NCBI GenBank assembly: GCA_013265495.1
Contig: MU058636.1
Span: forward strand, 9,446,510 to 9,500,069
DNA length: 53,560 nt
Origin: Vicugna vicugna
Taxonomy: Eukaryota
Direction of reading: 5' to 3'
A program made the position numbers and the translations under genes. Below, piece after piece: positions 49,706-53,560 of this stretch (positions within the stretch are counted from its first letter, which is position 1; every line of letters starts with the position of its first letter). The notes beneath the pieces are model-generated. The model was not told where the DNA came from. It worked only from the letters and a program-made list of their open reading frames with translations, and searched no databases.

Positions 49706-51638
49706 ATTTGATGGATACTATTTGAATAAAGGCTTGCAACTAAAATAAGACACCATGTGCCAAAGAGTTGTTTGGTCCTTGGCATAACTTCTAAAATTTT
49801 TACTAAAGATCTGCTAAGAATTTGGCAGAGTGGCTGAGCCCAAAGAGATTCTGCTGAAGGTAAGTAAAAATGTTAACAAAAACCAAATTGAAGGCAAAGT
49901 GTACTCTTAGTGTATTTCTTCAAGTCTCCAGTATAATCTATACCAACTATAGCATCACTAGGAACCTAAGTAGGATGAAAAAATATATTTTAGGTCTGAA
50001 GAGTATATAAACTGTATTTGAAATGTGACACCAACAATAATACTGAATCGTGGATGTTTTCAATATCCCAGAACCTGTGGGGAGCCTCTTCCCTTCAAGA
50101 TGATGGCAAATAAAGACTCATAAGCTTAGAAGCAGTGTCCTTTGCATTTAATGAAATACACACTCTTTGAGCCTCATTAAATGTGAGGAGGGCATTCTGC
50201 ATTGTCTTTGTGGTTACAGAATGTGGACGACGTTTGATCAGCTGTTGACAGTATTTGCAAACAGTAACAGATCAAACAAGAGTAGTAAAAAAAGAGGTTT
50301 CGACACTTTGAAACTTCATTCTCACTTCCCTGTGCTCCTCAGTATGTATTCTGTGCTTTCAGAGCCTGGTCTTCTCAGGTTCAGCCCACCCAACCCTCCT
50401 CCACCTCTCGTGACTTCACCACCACCAGGTCCCCGCTGGCCGGGTCCCTGCTTCTGAGCTGTGACACCCATCCAGCCCAGATTCCGCCTCTGAGACTCAA
50501 GTTCTTCTAGTGGCTCCACCGCGGCCGGGCTGTCTCTCCCTAAGCCGCTGTTGTCCATACAGCCAGCACCACGTCGCTAGTTCCTGACAGCACTTCAAGT
50601 GCTTCTGCCGTCTGAGTGAGTTTCACGGGAAGAAACTTATTCCCAAGTATGTTAAGAATTCTATTCGCATCTCTCTACCATGGGCACTACAGAATAGCAT
50701 GTTCAGCAGCAGAACTTGATCTGCAAGCATGCTCTTTGTCTCGGGAGGATTTGTAAAGAGGAACTTGCCTCTGTTACTGAACCCCTCAGCTGCCTACCTT
50801 AGGAAACTGTCAGGAAGGACAAGTGCCCTGTGGATTAACCAAGGGCACTTTCGTAGCATCTGGGAATCCATCCCTAATTAAGACATGTCTCTTGTTTGCT
50901 GATGCATCTGCTCCCCAGTTAAGTAGGAAGAAAGTGTGACCTTTGAGAGAAAAAAAAAAAAAAGACAAGGGAATTCTTGGTTCTAGTCCTAGCATTTCTC
51001 ATGGTTAACAAGAAGCACCTTGGGGGGTGTCATGGAATCAACAAGTAGCTAATAAGTAAGGATGATCTTACTGCACATGAACCATCTGTATATTGATTTC
51101 CCTAAAAGTCCGTCATGGATAAACTTATCCAAAAAAAAAAAAGAAGTACTGATGGAAGTATGAAGTTACAAGCTAATCGATGCCAATTTAACAGCATCGA
51201 CCCAGAAACCAATGCCCAAGTTTGAGAGGAATTAAGAAAATGTTCCCAAACGAGGACAGTCTCTCCATTTACAAAATCAAACTAAAGCATGAGGCGTCTA
51301 TGGCGCACTTCCTATACACGCAGCTCCGTCCTGAGGAGGCACAGGGATGGAGGCTTCTAAGAAGTGAGTGTCCCTGCCTTCAAGGAGTGGGTGTGTTTGG
51401 CCCTGTGATTAATGGAAGTTCTGAGAAGTGATATCTGAATGAAATTTCAAATATCCACAGAAGGCATTGTGGACTCAAGTGGATATTTATTGGATTTTCT
51501 GTTATTCCCAGTTGCTGGTTTCCTAGGAAACCAGAACTAAACTGTAAACATTTTCTGAGTCTCTGTGCCTGGGGTGCCAGGCACTGGACCAAATGCTGGA
51601 AATGTGATCGTGAATAAATAACAATTGAACGTACTCAC

Positions 51639-51659
51639 CGACTAGAAAGGGGAGGAGAC
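51639..51659 (-). other. Candidate microexon (21 nt, or 3 nt via an internal acceptor)
   Basis: Minus strand: atcatgcttgtgtgttcatag|GTCTCCTCCCCTTTCTAG|TCG|gtgagtac. Confidence 0.35.
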
Positions 51660-52304
51660 CTATGAACACACAAGCATGATTGTCCAGCTTACACACTAAC
51701 AGCACGTCACATGTACCTGGTGTGCGTCTTCTGCCTTTTTAAAAAATCTAGCTCGATTCCCTAGGTTTTAAGATGATCCCACTTAGGGTGGTCGTGAACA
51801 GAGTGACAGCAAGATGACACAAATGCCTTTTTGGAATGAGAGGTAGGAAATCACAGTTCAGAAAACATCCTGTGAGAACTGGGGAAAGTCTTGGCAGAGG
51901 TTGACCCGGAAGTGCTTCATCTCCATTCACAGAGGAGGTCTCTGACCCCTTCCCCAGAGGAGTTCACAGTCACAGGGTGAGGCAGCAGCTGCAGAGCTTG
52001 CCAGAGCTGTCTCGGGGTCACTGCAAAGCTACTGTGCGTTCACAATTTGGAATCAAAAAAGAGAGACAGAAATAAAAAGGAAGGACAAAATAGGGATAGA
52101 TAAGACACGCCCTCACTGTCATCAGCACTCAGTGGGGCTGGGTCGGAAAACATTTTAAGGGTAAATCGACTCTGCCCATCCCCTGTGACTGTCATGAGTA
52201 CACTGGAGACAAGCGCCAGTTTGAGGCAGACTCCCAAAGAGCCAAAAACCCATCAACGGGGATCGAAGCATTTTCATGTCCTACTTCATGGCCTGATTTC
52301 TTAA

Positions 52305-52472
52305 ACTTACAGTGTAAAATTAGCCTTATCCCATGTTATTGGAAATACTGCAAACAAGTCAACTTGACAGACTAGAAAATACAAATAAAAAAATAAAAAT
52401 TAGGGGAAATTTCACCCATAATTCTACAAACACAGGAAAACCCCCATTAATACTGTGGCATTGATTTTTCCA
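52305..52472 (-). mobile_element. Very old L1ME-type 3' fragment
   Basis: aaatttcacccataattctacaaacacaggaaaacccccattaatactgtggcattgatttttcca. Confidence 0.55.
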
Positions 52473-52962
52473 AAGGTGTCAGCTGGAAAGAGGTCTTGTC
52501 GGGATAAAAACAAGAGTATTTGTGAAGAACAAGAAGAAGAAAACCTGAAGCTGGACTTGAACTATGAGATGCGTAACGTTAACCTCCTGGATAAAGATTT
52601 TTATGCCCATTTAAATGAAAGCACTCACCACCCAAAACACGTGATAATTCCATCTGAATTTTATACTAACATCTTGGTATAGAAGCATTTATATTCGCAT
52701 AAATATATATGGTTCATACAGAGAGTCTATTTAATATAATTCTTTTCAGCTGGACCAGTCATTTGTCCACTGTCATCCAAGATAGAAGGTCCCTTCTGGT
52801 ACTACTAAGAACGAGGGATATTACCATTTTACGAGAAGGATGAACCCCCCCAGGAGGAAGGCCATTTACTGTTACACCAAAAGGATTTGTCTCAGTTAGT
52901 GGCTTGTGGATAGGTCTTAGAGACAATGCTATAACAGGAATCTCTCTGTGTTGACCACTCAC

Positions 52963-53026
52963 GTCCTTTCCTCTCACATGGACTCCTTGGTTTAAGAGCC
53001 CAACCTCCTTCACTCGAGAGAAATCC
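52963..53026 (-). other. Candidate 64-nt exon
   Basis: Minus strand: catctaatctttctccag|GGATTTC...GAAAGGAC|gtgagt; purine-rich exon body. Confidence 0.35.
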
Positions 53027-53204
53027 CTGGAGAAAGATTAGATGTGGAGATGGTAAGTCAAAGCAGGATTAGGCAGCTACGACTTCAGCAGGTTACGATT
53101 AACATGAAGTCAACACAAAGAGACTACAAGCTTCTGTCTTACCAATGTTACTAACACAACAAATCTTGACATTGTAGAATTTGAAATTATTTTTAAAGGT
53201 CAGA

Positions 53205-53510
53205 AAAAGGTATGTTACAATGTTGTTTAGCGTTGAAAAAGTAGAATTGACTGAATATTCACAGTACTAAAAAATGAATGAATTATGACATAGTCATAGG
53301 GATAAAGCATTATTTAGCTATTAAAAACTATAATTCCTAGCATGAATATTTAATCTGATGTATTATATATTTATATGTCCATATGCAGATAATTATGTGC
53401 AAATTATTCATGAGTACTCTGGATTGGCTTTCTCCTCTTATCGTAGTTTGCTTATACTTTTAAGTTGGCCTAACTAACTTGTATTAATCTTGTAATAAAA
53501 AAATTTGTAA
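53205..53510 (+). mobile_element. Old L1ME-type 3' fragment
   Basis: aatgttgtt..gaaaaagtagaa..tgaatattca..aatgaatgaattatgacatagtcata..tatttagctattaaaaa. Confidence 0.5.
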
Positions 53511-53560
53511 AATATGTCTTAACAACAAATGCTAATTATATGATGGTAGTTGAAAAAAAA

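Noticed and set aside
1..53560. Prokaryotic-style systems (CRISPR arrays, operons, defence islands) and a specific host gene name
   Set aside because: The sequence is mammalian intronic DNA with no regularly spaced repeat-spacer array, and no exon matched a gene I can identify reliably.

Overview
Mammalian genomic DNA, most likely camelid (alpaca/llama/camel). That inference rests on two tRNA-derived SINEs with the camelid 'GGGGAGGGTATAGCTCAGTGGTAGAG...TAATTACCTCC' architecture and on lineage-type L1 3' ends. No credible host protein-coding ORF is present. The recognisable ORF-track entries are L1 ORF2 remnants, and the rest look like chance or low-complexity frames. The window reads as the 5' intronic part of one large gene or lncRNA, probably transcribed on the minus strand. 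Supporting this is a chain of small minus-strand exon candidates with paired acceptor and donor sites (52963-53026, 51639-51659, 48712-48771, 41410-41486, 29412-29512, 25784-25813, 1052/1064-1124). The junctions I tested among them do not maintain a reading frame, so they look like 5'UTR or non-coding exons. A repeat-poor block at about 6.5-14.4 kb holds several donor-only, first-exon-like modules. The remainder is ordinary interspersed repeat: L1, L2, MIR, MaLR/ERVL/ERV1 LTRs and microsatellites, including a nested stack at 17.4-22.5 kb. I could not name the host gene and found no evidence for a novel biological system. The most testable leads are the microexon and recursive-splice candidates, the uORF-containing alternative 5' leader, and several regulatory motifs.
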